Origin: a virus
Virus record (IMG/VR): IMGVR_UViG_3300005842_000001
Span: 8,806-72,805 of that record
Strand: one strand, 5' to 3'
Length of the DNA: 64,000 nt
Shown: positions 1 to 9,074 of the stretch, in pieces
How positions within the stretch are numbered: the first letter of the stretch is position 1
Layout of the letters: the number at the start of each line of letters is the position of its first letter
Position numbers and translations under genes: made by a program
Notes under the pieces: model-generated
Database searches by the model: none
What the model was told of the DNA's origin: nothing
The model's input: the letters and a program-made list of their open reading frames with translations, nothing else

Positions 1-1
1 T

Positions 2-250
2 AACGGACACCGCAACGCCTGTTCGTTCCTCTACGCCAGAGCGACACACATTGCCCGGCTAATGGGCTTTAGAAGCATTCAGACTTTCACACTAGCCAGC
101 GAATCAGGATCGAGCATCAAAGCCCTAAAGGAACTTGGGTGGAAATGTCTTGGGCCAACGAAAGATGGCGGGTGGAAGACTAGAAGCGGAAGGCGCGACC
201 AGCTTGAAGAAAAAACGATCAAGTGGGAATGCCTTCTCAATGATACATAA
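2..250 (+). CDS. XF1762-like (Mom-related GNAT-fold) protein, 5'-truncated by the window edge
   Basis: Frame is open from base 2: NGHRNACSFLYARATHIARLMGFRSIQTFTLASESGSSIKALKELGW, matching the NACSxLY...GYxxxxTYTLxxExGxSL...GW pattern. Confidence 0.65.
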   Translation, partial: NGHRNACSFLYARATHIARLMGFRSIQTFTLASESGSSIKALKELGWKCLGPTKDGGWKTRSGRRDQLEEKTIKWECLLNDT

Positions 251-272
251 GCAAACTTATAGGACGTAACAC

Positions 273-518
273 ATGAGCAAGGGGTACTTTGTGGCGCTCG
301 AAAGCGAATCGAAACACCTGGAAAACAGAAACGCTGAACAGATCGCCAAAGAAAAAACAAAACTGATTGCACTGGCTGACAAGCTCATCCACATGAGCAA
401 CGGATTGTCATCTGAGCAGCGGGAAGACGTGATAGCAATCGCTGTCGAGTTCTATCCGCTTGCTCAGTACGTCATAGAGTCTTTGAAGGAACAACCCCGG
501 CCAGTGGCATCGTGTTGA
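273..518 (+). CDS. hypothetical protein
   Basis: 81-aa ORF with AGGA upstream. Confidence 0.6.
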   Translation: MSKGYFVALESESKHLENRNAEQIAKEKTKLIALADKLIHMSNGLSSEQREDVIAIAVEFYPLAQYVIESLKEQPRPVASC

Positions 519-612
519 TGCAACTGACAAGACTGCTATGCTTTTCTGTGAAGCAAAACGGGATGCCAGTTACGGAAACACTGGCCTGGGTTACTTTTGA
601 AAGGGTATCGAC

Positions 613-819
613 ATGGCACGGGTTCGCTTAATCGTTCTGGTCAGCTTCATTCGACTGATTTCAATCATGCTCTCCGCTTCGTTTATCACTGGCGCTGGCA
701 TGCTGTTCTGGTGGCATCCTATCGCTGCTGTCTATGTGGGGTCGTGGCTAATCGGATTTATCGCCCTTGGTGTGATTGCCATCGCTGTTGACAACGAAGC
801 CAAGCAGCAAAAGAAATAG
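613..819 (+). CDS. small two-TM membrane protein
   Basis: Two hydrophobic segments; AAGGG upstream. Confidence 0.6.
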   Translation: MARVRLIVLVSFIRLISIMLSASFITGAGMLFWWHPIAAVYVGSWLIGFIALGVIAIAVDNEAKQQKK

Positions 820-822
820 CTC

Positions 823-854
823 TTGCAAGTTGATCGATTGAAGCATATATCTAT
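823..854 (+). promoter_or_regulatory. putative promoter TTGCAA-N17-TATATCTAT
   Basis: Intergenic; the same motif recurs at 5229 and 7349. Confidence 0.55.
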
Positions 855-877
855 TGTCATCATCAAGGAATGATTCG

Positions 878-1102
878 ATGAAGAAAAAGCCAAGCGTGAT
901 CAAGCCGCCGACGTGGTGCAGCCACCCAACTGACCAGATTCTTGATGAAGACAAGAAGGATCGGGTAATGCGATGCGTTTATTGTGGCGATCCAATTATT
1001 TCATTCGATCAGTTTGATAAATGGAAAGGATTATTGCCCGGCTTATTTGTCAGTCGTTTTATGTATAGCTTCCACACCGCCATTGCTCGAATTGAGTTCT
1101 GA
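878..1102 (+). CDS. hypothetical protein with CxH/CxxC (possible Zn binding)
   Basis: ATG at 878 after AAGGA; WCSH...RCVYCG. Confidence 0.55.
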   Translation: MKKKPSVIKPPTWCSHPTDQILDEDKKDRVMRCVYCGDPIISFDQFDKWKGLLPGLFVSRFMYSFHTAIARIEF

Positions 1103-1104
1103 TC

Positions 1105-1392
1105 ATGACTGAAGAAACAATGGTAGCACGTCTCAGAGCGTTCGCAGATCGTCAAGGCATCAAGCTAAAAAGCTGGCATGGTGTCTATAAAGACAAAGCA
1201 GACAAGATCACGAGAATTGAAATAGCTCTTGCTTCTAATCTTGGCGATGCTGCTGCTCAGGCTATCGAATGGCAGACGATCAGACCGCACAGAGTAAGAT
1301 TGCTCTCCTGGGTAAAAGGCCGAACTACCGAAGTCGGTGGCGTTTCTCTATGTGAGACATTCGGACACAAGGAACGATCAGATGAAGAATAA
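1105..1392 (+). CDS. hypothetical protein
   Basis: ORF packed against its neighbours. Confidence 0.55.
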   Translation: MTEETMVARLRAFADRQGIKLKSWHGVYKDKADKITRIEIALASNLGDAAAQAIEWQTIRPHRVRLLSWVKGRTTEVGGVSLCETFGHKERSDEE

Positions 1393-1573
1393 CATCCCCA
1401 AGAAGATCGTGGCGGCGATCATCAATGAATTGACCGACCGAGTTGGACTCAGGCAGGCGATTGAAGACATTGACCGAGACACCTACGAAGAGCTTCAAGA
1501 AGAACTTGAGCGAATCGTTGACACAATTCTAACCAAAGCACAAAGGAACAAAAAACATGGGCGCAGCAACTAA
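1382..1573 (+). CDS. hypothetical protein
   Basis: ATG at 1382 after AAGGA; helical and acidic. Confidence 0.55.
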   Translation: MKNNIPKKIVAAIINELTDRVGLRQAIEDIDRDTYEELQEELERIVDTILTKAQRNKKHGRSN

Positions 1574-1607
1574 GATCGAGTGGACAGATATAGATGCCAC
1601 CAACTGA
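1557..1607 (+). pseudogene. orphan 5' fragment of a Gp37/Gp68 (DUF5131) gene: MGAATKIEWTDIDATN*
   Basis: AAGGA then ATG at 1557. TKIEWTD is the typical DUF5131 N-terminus and parallels TGIEWCN at 1982. Confidence 0.6.
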
Positions 1608-1992
1608 CAATAAGAAACTTGCTCGATACAAGGTCAACTTGGAAGTCATGACGGGAAGAATGACTAATCCAAATGATCTGAACTGTGTCGATTGTGGTCA
1701 CAAGGGAAATGATCGAAGACATGAATATGATCATCACCTTGGCTATGATGTATCTCATCACTTAGACGTTGAGGCAGTATGCACAATTTGTCATCACAAG
1801 AGAGATTGCCCAAAGGCGAATCAGACTCATTGCATTCATGGACACCTATTCGATTCAGCCAACACGATCATCAAAAGTAACGGCATGAGACAGTGCCGTG
1901 AATGTCGAAAAGCATTTGACAAGAAACGTGGAAGAGATGCTGCCTTCTGGCGAGCATACAGAGCTAAAAGGAGAAGCCGTTATGGGCCGTGA
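1594..1992 (+). CDS. HNH-type homing endonuclease with C-terminal Zn finger
   Basis: CVDCG...EYDHH..Y...VCTICH core, then THCIHGH...RQCREC. Confidence 0.75.
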   Translation: MPPTDNKKLARYKVNLEVMTGRMTNPNDLNCVDCGHKGNDRRHEYDHHLGYDVSHHLDVEAVCTICHHKRDCPKANQTHCIHGHLFDSANTIIKSNGMRQCRECRKAFDKKRGRDAAFWRAYRAKRRSRYGP

Positions 1993-2962
1993 AACAGGAA
2001 TTGAATGGTGCAACCATACCTTTAATTGTTGGATTGGTTGCGAGAAAGTCAGCCCAGCATGTACCAACTGCTATGCCGAGAACTCGACACCGGTTCGGGT
2101 GGCAGCCACCAAGTTCAGTCTGAAGCTCTGGGGCGCTGAGTCAACTGGCGCTGTCAGACGGGTGGCATCTGAAGCGATGTGGAAAGAGCCAGTGAAATGG
2201 AACAAAGAAGCACAGAAGCTCGGAGTCAGGCGTAAAGTGTTCTGTGCTTCGCTGGCAGACGTGTTTGAAGACTACAATGGTCCGATAACAACGCATGAAG
2301 GAGTTCAGTTGTTCAAATTGGCCGATGGATCGATTGGGCCTCTTCCCGATGACGTAACGGTCTACAGTGACACGATCAAGCCGTTGACACTGACTGACAT
2401 CAGACAACGCCTTTTTTCTCTAATCGATTCAACCCCTCACCTTGACTGGCTCTTGCTTACGAAGCGCCCAGAGAACGTACAGAAGCTCTGGCCGTTTGGT
2501 TGGTACTCTGATGAGTTCAGTTGGTCGAACGTCTGGATGGGAATCACTGTCGAGAATCAAAAGTATCTGGACGAACGCTTGCCCCATTTGCTCAGCATTC
2601 CTGCTGTCGTGAGATGGCTCAGTATCGAGCCAATGCTTGGGCCGATGCGATTGCCTTTCGGCAAGGTCTGGTGTCGTGCATGCAATCGCTATGAAGAGAA
2701 GTTGTGTATGGATCATGGTTCGCCTTGCTTCATTGGTCAGGCTTCAGCTACTGACCTGATTGATTGGGCCATTGTCGGCGGTGAAAGCGGTGATCATCGT
2801 AGGTCAATGAACCTCGACGATGCGCGCAGTCTTAGAGAACAATGCAAAGCAGCAGGCATTGCTTACTTTTTCAAACAAGTTGATAAGGTGATTGCTGTCC
2901 CGTCTGATCTTGAAATCAGGCAGTTTCCAAAAAGTGTTTACGTCGATTCCTTGGTGCATTGA
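1982..2962 (+). CDS. phage Gp37/Gp68 (DUF5131, radical-SAM-like) protein
   Basis: IEWCNHTFNCWIGCEKVSPACTNCYAE, FCASLADVF, LLLTKRPE, GITVENQ, WLSIEP, IVGGESG, FFKQ. Confidence 0.9.
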   Translation: MGRETGIEWCNHTFNCWIGCEKVSPACTNCYAENSTPVRVAATKFSLKLWGAESTGAVRRVASEAMWKEPVKWNKEAQKLGVRRKVFCASLADVFEDYNGPITTHEGVQLFKLADGSIGPLPDDVTVYSDTIKPLTLTDIRQRLFSLIDSTPHLDWLLLTKRPENVQKLWPFGWYSDEFSWSNVWMGITVENQKYLDERLPHLLSIPAVVRWLSIEPMLGPMRLPFGKVWCRACNRYEEKLCMDHGSPCFIGQASATDLIDWAIVGGESGDHRRSMNLDDARSLREQCKAAGIAYFFKQVDKVIAVPSDLEIRQFPKSVYVDSLVH

Positions 2963-3416
2963 GACGTGTGACCTTCTCCCAAAGTGCATGACGTTTTTTC
3001 GACAAAGCCGCTGGCACACGGTATGGCGGCTTCTGAGTTTTTTTTATTTTAATCCAGTCACTACGAATCATTCTAATCAGCTTCAGCGCCATGACCGCTT
3101 GCTTTCCCTTGTATCTAAGATACGGCATTATAGCCACTAATGCCTTTTCGGCATTCTTCCCATCAGCGTACCACGTCTCTGTTTTCTTGTGGTTCTTATT
3201 CTTCGGAGTGTAACTATATATACTCCCGCCAAAATGCTTTTTCAGAAGATCATGAACTTTCCTGCCAGACGTTCCAATGAACCCCATTTTGGCGATGTAA
3301 TAGATCGGATGGCTACCGTACCGTTTGCCGACAGTCCTCTTGAGTCTGCCAATTGTGATGAATCCATCGGCGTCGATTGCGCCAGCAAAATAAGCATAGA
3401 CAAGTTTGTTGTTCAT
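2916..3416 (-). CDS. LAGLIDADG homing endonuclease (single motif)
   Basis: YAYFAGAIDADGFITI, FGGSI, IMPYLRYK..QA; basic protein. Confidence 0.85.
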   Translation of the reverse strand: MNNKLVYAYFAGAIDADGFITIGRLKRTVGKRYGSHPIYYIAKMGFIGTSGRKVHDLLKKHFGGSIYSYTPKNKNHKKTETWYADGKNAEKALVAIMPYLRYKGKQAVMALKLIRMIRSDWIKIKKTQKPPYRVPAALSKKRHALWEKVTRLNAPRNRRKHFLETA

Positions 3417-3461
3417 CGATACAGTCTATTAGTGGGGTGAGTAGAAACAAGGAGCAGTCTC

Positions 3462-3986
3462 GTGTCTTCGATTATTCTGCGGGAAGTGCCTAAAGCCATT
3501 GCTGTTGATGAAACGAAAAGCAGGGCGACATTTTCACCGTGTCGCCTTTATCGTTATGAACTCTTCAGGCAGTGGGGCGGTAACTCACTGAACGCTGTCA
3601 TGTTTATCGGATTAAACCCATCGACTGCTGATGAAGTCAACAACGATCCAACTGTCAGGCGTTGCATGCGGTTCGCCTACGCTTGGGGCTTCGATGCAAT
3701 GTACATGATGAACGCCTACGCATTCAGAAGCACTGATCCAAAAGGTCTGAATCGTGCTGATGATCCAGTTGGGCCACGCAATGACCGATGGCTGACTGAT
3801 GCTCAGAGCTATTGCCATCTGGCGGTAGCATGTTGGGGCAATCATATCTGCGCTGATCGACATAAGCGGGTCATGCAGTTGTTCAGCTACTACACGCTTC
3901 AATGCCTGGGCGTCAATGCGAACGGAACGCCAAAGCATCCACTCTACATCGCTCACAAAACACCACTCATCGATTTCAAGGGATGA
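3462..3986 (+). CDS. DUF1643 family protein
   Basis: YRYEL.R.W, FIGLNPSTAD...DPTVRRC, NAYAFRSTDP, ACWG, PKHPLY. Confidence 0.9.
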   Translation: MSSIILREVPKAIAVDETKSRATFSPCRLYRYELFRQWGGNSLNAVMFIGLNPSTADEVNNDPTVRRCMRFAYAWGFDAMYMMNAYAFRSTDPKGLNRADDPVGPRNDRWLTDAQSYCHLAVACWGNHICADRHKRVMQLFSYYTLQCLGVNANGTPKHPLYIAHKTPLIDFKG

Positions 3987-4348
3987 TCATGAAACCTGTT
4001 GCAACTGACACTCAGAAGCCAAAGATACCAGCGCCCCAGAGAGAGAAGATCAAGCCTAAACAGCCCTGGCAACATCGAGAGCAGTTGCTCGACTCTCTGC
4101 TGGTGTTCATGGCCGAATTGAAACCATTCTGGGATGTATGCTTTCAGATGGGCGTTGGCGGCATCATAGTCAGGGTTAGAAAGGTCGATACTGTCAACTC
4201 AGCAGTAAAGGTCAATGATCGATCTTGCATCATCCAGAAGCACGAGCTAGAGACACTGAGCAAGCTCTCGCCAGATGCCTATCGTGAGTTTGAAATAAAG
4301 CTCATTCAAAACCTCAGAACGCTTGTCAGAGAGATTGAACTACAATAG
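3983..4348 (+). CDS. hypothetical protein
   Basis: ATGA overlap with the upstream stop. Confidence 0.6.
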   Translation: MIMKPVATDTQKPKIPAPQREKIKPKQPWQHREQLLDSLLVFMAELKPFWDVCFQMGVGGIIVRVRKVDTVNSAVKVNDRSCIIQKHELETLSKLSPDAYREFEIKLIQNLRTLVREIELQ

Positions 4349-4426
4349 ATATATACTTGCTGTCGTGGTCGTTCGGGTATGAGTGTGGTTACCCATCCGA
4401 TGATCACGACAGCAATTGGAGAAAAT

Positions 4427-4723
4427 ATGAGCAAGTATAATCGTCTGATCGGCACCGCAAAGAACACAACCGGCCACAAGGTTTCTGTTGACGTGTATGA
4501 CGTGCTGGTGGCGTTCGCTGTTACTTGCCCTGCTCGACAGCATGCGATCAAAAAGCTACTCTGCGCTGGCATGCGTGGAGGCAAGTCAGAACTACAAGAC
4601 CTTCAGGAAGCTGGGCAATCGGTAGCACGAGCTATCGAACTGGTTGAGTCTTATTCAACGTGCAAACGAGACGAATTAAGTTCGCCTATCAGTATGTCAG
4701 AGAATCGAGAGAACCCTTTATAG
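4427..4723 (+). CDS. conserved phage protein (DUF3310/T7 gp1.7-like, tentative)
   Basis: VDVYDVLVAF...QHAIKKLLCAGMRGGKS..DL; GGAG upstream. Confidence 0.55.
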   Translation: MSKYNRLIGTAKNTTGHKVSVDVYDVLVAFAVTCPARQHAIKKLLCAGMRGGKSELQDLQEAGQSVARAIELVESYSTCKRDELSSPISMSENRENPL

Positions 4724-4737
4724 GAATGGGGTGGACG

Positions 4738-5127
4738 ATGCCGATAGCACTTGAGCAGCCGCCATACCGCAAGCGGAGATTCTACAAAGAGCATCGGGTA
4801 AAAATCTGGAAACGAGCCGGATCATTCGCTGTCAATCCGAGAGGCATTCTCACTCATCGTGTGAAGCACGTTGTTACCTATCTTGACGCCAATGGAGAAA
4901 ATCGGCATCATCATGTCGATTACTGGTGTGGAAACGGCTGTTGCTTTGATGTTGGCTTTGAAAAAGAAGTGCTGACAGATAGCCCGCCAATAGATCGCAT
5001 GCTTTGCCATTTCTGTGAGAACAACGCGCAAGCGAAGGATCAACCGAATGCAGGCAAGTTGGCAGGGAGACACATTCACCGAGGCGTCTTGAAAGCTCAC
5101 CAGGTTTGTTGCGGGGGCTGTAAATGA
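4738..5127 (+). CDS. Cys/His-rich hypothetical protein
   Basis: YWCGNGC, LCHFCE. Confidence 0.55.
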   Translation: MPIALEQPPYRKRRFYKEHRVKIWKRAGSFAVNPRGILTHRVKHVVTYLDANGENRHHHVDYWCGNGCCFDVGFEKEVLTDSPPIDRMLCHFCENNAQAKDQPNAGKLAGRHIHRGVLKAHQVCCGGCK

Positions 5128-5222
5128 CGATTCTAGAAACAGGCATGTTGGCATTCGTGTTAGTTGTTTCAGTTGCTCTGCTGATTCTGACAGTGCTGGC
5201 ATTGTGGCTGAAAAGAAAATGA
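5124..5222 (+). CDS. 32-aa single-TM peptide
   Basis: MTILETGMLAFVLVVSVALLILTVLALWLKRK; start overlaps the end of the upstream gene. Confidence 0.45.
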   Translation: MTILETGMLAFVLVVSVALLILTVLALWLKRK

Positions 5223-5228
5223 TTGCTA

Positions 5229-5260
5229 TTGCAAATGCTCCCTAGCAAGCATATATCTAT
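5229..5260 (+). promoter_or_regulatory. putative promoter TTGCAA-N17-TATATCTAT
   Basis: Repeat of the motif at 823. Confidence 0.55.
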
Positions 5261-5285
5261 ATGCTACGCTAGGGAGTTCTCTTTC

Positions 5286-6059
5286 ATGGCTCAAGTGGTG
5301 GTGTTAGATGCTGAAACAACAGGCATTGATCCGGTGTATGATCGTCTTGTGTCTCTGGGGCTGTGCTTTCTCGACTGCCCTTTGGCTGGCGAGCAATCGC
5401 TATGGCCAGAAGAGTATCGATTCAATCCTGAAAAGGTCATGCCGCCTGAAGTGATCGCCATTCATGGCATCACGAACGAAGAGGCGACGACATATCCCAA
5501 GTTCGCTGAGCATGCTCAAGAGCTTTATGCTCGACTGATCAAAGTTGACGCTATCGCTGGCTTCAATCTCTTTGGACTCGACCTGCCTATTCTGTGGTCA
5601 GAGTTCAACAGGTGCGGGCTTGACTGGAACGCTCTCAGTTTCGTTGTCATTGATGCTGGCACGTTGTTCAAGAAGAGAGAGCCTCGAACCTTAAAAGCGG
5701 CTGTCGAGTTCTACCGCAACGATCCAGAATGGCAAGGCCATTCAGCGGGCGAAGATGCCAGCGCAACTGCCAACGTCTTAATCAGTCAGCTAGAGAGGTA
5801 CGGTCTGCTTAGCTCTGATCTTGAGAAGATCAGCGAAGAGAGCCTGTACCATCGGCCAGTAGATATGGGCGGCAAGCTGAAGCGGCGGGAAGATGGCATG
5901 ATCTGCTACGCATTCGGACAGCAGAAAGATGTACCAGTGATCGACAACCCTGGCTATGCTCGTTGGATGATCGATAAAGACTTCCACCCGCATACCAAGA
6001 AAGTGCTTCTGTCACTCATTGAGCCTGAAGAGTTCTCAGGCCGGGAAGGTGAGTTCTAA
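5286..6059 (+). CDS. DEDDh 3'-5' exonuclease (DnaQ/Pol III epsilon-like)
   Basis: LDAETTG, IHGIT, AGFN...DL, HSAGEDA. Confidence 0.9.
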   Translation: MAQVVVLDAETTGIDPVYDRLVSLGLCFLDCPLAGEQSLWPEEYRFNPEKVMPPEVIAIHGITNEEATTYPKFAEHAQELYARLIKVDAIAGFNLFGLDLPILWSEFNRCGLDWNALSFVVIDAGTLFKKREPRTLKAAVEFYRNDPEWQGHSAGEDASATANVLISQLERYGLLSSDLEKISEESLYHRPVDMGGKLKRREDGMICYAFGQQKDVPVIDNPGYARWMIDKDFHPHTKKVLLSLIEPEEFSGREGEF

Positions 6060-6427
6060 TGAAGTGGGATAACAGCAACACGCTCTGGCTTCACTTCCCG
6101 AAAACTGGCCCGGTTGTCATTGATCATGACTTGTATATGGTCTGTCTCGTCAAACGCTCAATCACAGTCGAGATGGACTATATGCAGTTCATGAAAATCA
6201 GATCACAGTGCCATTCTCTTGTGTACGTCTGGAACAAAGAGATTGATGGCACATATTTCCGTGTCAAGGACTATCGGTCTAGCTCGTGGCTTCGTCCCAT
6301 TGTCATTATCGAATTGGAACCTGACAGATCGCCGGTGGAAGAGTATTTGTTGAATCGGGCCATGTTGCGTGATGCAACGTGGTACATACCAGACCCCAGG
6401 ATTTTCATCAGAAACATCACGGAGTAA
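6059..6427 (+). CDS. hypothetical protein
   Basis: TAATG coupling to the upstream gene. Confidence 0.55.
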   Translation: MKWDNSNTLWLHFPKTGPVVIDHDLYMVCLVKRSITVEMDYMQFMKIRSQCHSLVYVWNKEIDGTYFRVKDYRSSSWLRPIVIIELEPDRSPVEEYLLNRAMLRDATWYIPDPRIFIRNITE

Positions 6428-6431
6428 GCAG

Positions 6432-7115
6432 ATGCGTGGAATCATGTTCAGCGACGAAATGGCGTTGGCGATCAAGACAGGAGAGAAGACTCAGACTAGG
6501 CGGCTGACTGGCCTTGATGCTCTCAACAAAACTACGAATACTCGCAACGCCATCAGATCGTCAAGCCTGTTCTATGATCGATGGGAGTTCTACAAGTTTG
6601 CCACCGATTCGATCATCAGCATGAAATGCCCGTATGGTCTGGAAGGCGACACGCTATATGTCAAGCAGCGCTGGCGAACTTATCAGCCGCCTGATCGTCC
6701 AGGTGGTATTCTCTTTGCTAACAACTCATTCGTGAAAACGCCCGACAACGTAATTGATCAAGCTCATTGGCTCAAGTTGCACCAAAAAAGAAATGGCGAC
6801 AACTTCAGGCCAGCAATGTTCATGCCTTCGCATTGGGCGCTACAGCATGTCAGGCTTGACAAGATCGAAGTGAAACGACTTCAATCTATTAGCTGGGGTG
6901 ATGCCGCTGCTGAAGGCGTGACAGCATGGGGTGAAAGATCATGCCCAGGTTGTGTAGGCAATCAATGCCCGAAGTATGTGACAGAATGCCCGATCTTTGT
7001 TCGGGGCTACATCGAAGAGTACCGCAAGCTCTGGAACAAAATCAATGGAGCGAAGATGCCTTGGGAATTGAACCCTTGGGTGTGGAAGCTCACTTTCACG
7101 AGGATGAAGCCATGA
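6432..7115 (+). CDS. ASCH/PUA-like phage protein
   Basis: IMFSDEMALAIKTGEKTQTRR, CPYG..GD.LYV, MFMP, LQSIS..DA.AEG, NPWVW. Confidence 0.8.
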   Translation: MRGIMFSDEMALAIKTGEKTQTRRLTGLDALNKTTNTRNAIRSSSLFYDRWEFYKFATDSIISMKCPYGLEGDTLYVKQRWRTYQPPDRPGGILFANNSFVKTPDNVIDQAHWLKLHQKRNGDNFRPAMFMPSHWALQHVRLDKIEVKRLQSISWGDAAAEGVTAWGERSCPGCVGNQCPKYVTECPIFVRGYIEEYRKLWNKINGAKMPWELNPWVWKLTFTRMKP

Positions 7116-7363
7116 TCATGTTCAGAGTTCAGAAGTGCTATCAACCATTCATCAACGGCAAGCACCACGACAGATTCACCAACGTGTTGAGAGCAGCACA
7201 GCGCTACACTCTCACGACAGGAAAACCTTGCATCTTCAAAGCTCATCAGCTTTACGTTGTAATCAGACGGAACAAACTTCAGAAGCACGAGCTAAGGCAC
7301 TCACTCACAGCATTCGGCATGGGGCTTGTTTGGCCCTGGCAAGCTCATTTGCAATTCAATTAG
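7112..7363 (+). CDS. hypothetical protein
   Basis: ATGA overlap with the upstream stop. Confidence 0.45.
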   Translation: MIMFRVQKCYQPFINGKHHDRFTNVLRAAQRYTLTTGKPCIFKAHQLYVVIRRNKLQKHELRHSLTAFGMGLVWPWQAHLQFN

Positions 7364-7379
7364 AATTGCATATATCTAT
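7349..7379 (+). promoter_or_regulatory. putative promoter TTGCAA-N16-TATATCTAT
   Basis: Third copy of the motif; AGGAG follows. Confidence 0.5.
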
Positions 7380-7401
7380 TGTCACCTAACAGGAGAGCAG
7401 T

Positions 7402-8631
7402 ATGAGCAGCGAAGTCAAAGGCGTATATCTGGGCGATTCATCCGGTAAACGTGTTGGCATCATCACGAGAGAGTATAAGGATGAGAATGGCAGGGATCGT
7501 ATTGATATTCAGATTGACAAAGAAGCGTATGAATACATCCAGCAAGTTTTGAATCATCCAGTGGTATCATTCAAAGCGAAAAAAAGAGACAATATCACAC
7601 TTGAGCCAGTGACGTTGCTTGGCGATCAGGTGCCTACGGTCGATTGGGACAGACCAGCAAAGTCAACACCGCTTGCAGACATTCAGAAGGCTGTCAAGGA
7701 TTCAGAGTTATACACCAGACCTGTCGAGCAATCATTTGAAACGATTACAGAACAGGACTTGGAAGAGATTGCCACCAACACGAATAATTACTTTGACAAA
7801 AACAAAGAGGGATTGCTATTAGCCCTGAAGGAAGAACTACTAGAAGCTCACAGAGAGCGTGGCGAGAGCTTCATTCACCTTTACCCGTTGGTTGAGTCAG
7901 CGATTCATCGTGAGCGCTACAGTAAGTTCCAGAAGCTCGTCGAAGGCCAATCGTTTGAAGCAACAGTCCAGACAGCGATGCAAGCATGGAACGAAGCGCT
8001 GATCGAGCTAGAGAAGGCTGGCGACATGCTGGCGAAAGAGCCGAAGCTCAAGAAGTTCAGCTACACCGATGAGGATGGTACTGAGATAGAAATTGCGCAT
8101 TGGGGCGTTCGTCATATTGCGGCCTCTGTGATCGACACTTTAAGTGATGCCAAAAACTATGTCACCGTTGAATTGCCATTTATTGACGGCTCTGGATATA
8201 TAGATGTTGTTGTTCAGCGACGAGGACATGAAACACCTGTAGAGCATCTCTACCATGCCCGCAGACTTATTGAAACAATTGTCAAGCTCTGCAACGATGG
8301 CAAGAGAGTTAGCTTCTCTGAAGACACAGGCGGCAATACTCTCACCGTCTCAATAAACGCTCGGCATTCGCATGTCGGTACTCACGAGTGTACTACTCAA
8401 GAATTGCTTGATCAACTGCATGGGCTGCTGGTAGAAGGTCGTGGGCTATCGTGGCATGATGAGACTGAAGAATATAAAGATTCAGGCCAGATGGCCTTGG
8501 CACTCAAGAATAGAATCGAGTCAGGCGATGAAATCACAGACGAGATGAGAAGGCAGATCGGCATTATGTTGATCTGCTACGAAGGCTTGATCTGTCAGCA
8601 GTTCTTACCGGAGAATCGAGACAATGTTTAA
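7402..8631 (+). CDS. acidic hypothetical protein
   Basis: 409-aa ORF with AGGAG upstream. Confidence 0.7.
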   Translation: MSSEVKGVYLGDSSGKRVGIITREYKDENGRDRIDIQIDKEAYEYIQQVLNHPVVSFKAKKRDNITLEPVTLLGDQVPTVDWDRPAKSTPLADIQKAVKDSELYTRPVEQSFETITEQDLEEIATNTNNYFDKNKEGLLLALKEELLEAHRERGESFIHLYPLVESAIHRERYSKFQKLVEGQSFEATVQTAMQAWNEALIELEKAGDMLAKEPKLKKFSYTDEDGTEIEIAHWGVRHIAASVIDTLSDAKNYVTVELPFIDGSGYIDVVVQRRGHETPVEHLYHARRLIETIVKLCNDGKRVSFSEDTGGNTLTVSINARHSHVGTHECTTQELLDQLHGLLVEGRGLSWHDETEEYKDSGQMALALKNRIESGDEITDEMRRQIGIMLICYEGLICQQFLPENRDNV

Positions 8632-8920
8632 GATCAGTGGTGGTACTAGCGCAGGCAAGACAATGACACCTATGGAATGGGAGACATTCATGAACCGACA
8701 CCAGAGAATCCTACTTGATTGCGGTGTCCAGCACTCAGTAACTGTCAAGCAGCGTGTTGACACTTTCAAGAAGACTGGCCGACTGCCAATCCTCAATCGC
8801 TACACAGAGCCGGGCAGGAACGACCCATGCCCTTGCGAGAGTGGCAAAAAATATAAGCATTGCTGCATTGACAAGAATCGCCGCAACGTGGGAGTAGCCA
8901 ACTTCATCGCTAACCAGTAA
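8624..8920 (+). CDS. SEC-C motif protein
   Basis: [19 protein letters not shown]. Confidence 0.85.
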   Translation: MFKISGGTSAGKTMTPMEWETFMNRHQRILLDCGVQHSVTVKQRVDTFKKTGRLPILNRYTEPGRNDPCPCESGKKYKHCCIDKNRRNVGVANFIANQ

Positions 8921-8977
8921 GGACGATCAATGTACTTTTCGACACGCTTCACAGCAGAGCATCGACAGGCGATCAGT

Positions 8978-9010
8978 AGCACAGCGCATCGCCGCTGTGC
9001 TTTTTTATTT
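8978..9010 (+). terminator. intrinsic terminator
   Basis: AGCACAGCG-catcgc-CGCTGTGCT followed by a T run. Confidence 0.75.
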
Positions 9011-9074
9011 TCGCTCATCTTCCAATCGGGCATGAAAGTTAGTACATTGTTGAACAACAAGGGGAGCCAGAAGC

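Noticed and set aside
1590-1990. Group I intron containing the HNH gene
   Set aside because: There is no non-coding room for a ribozyme core, and the downstream gene has its own complete N-terminus.
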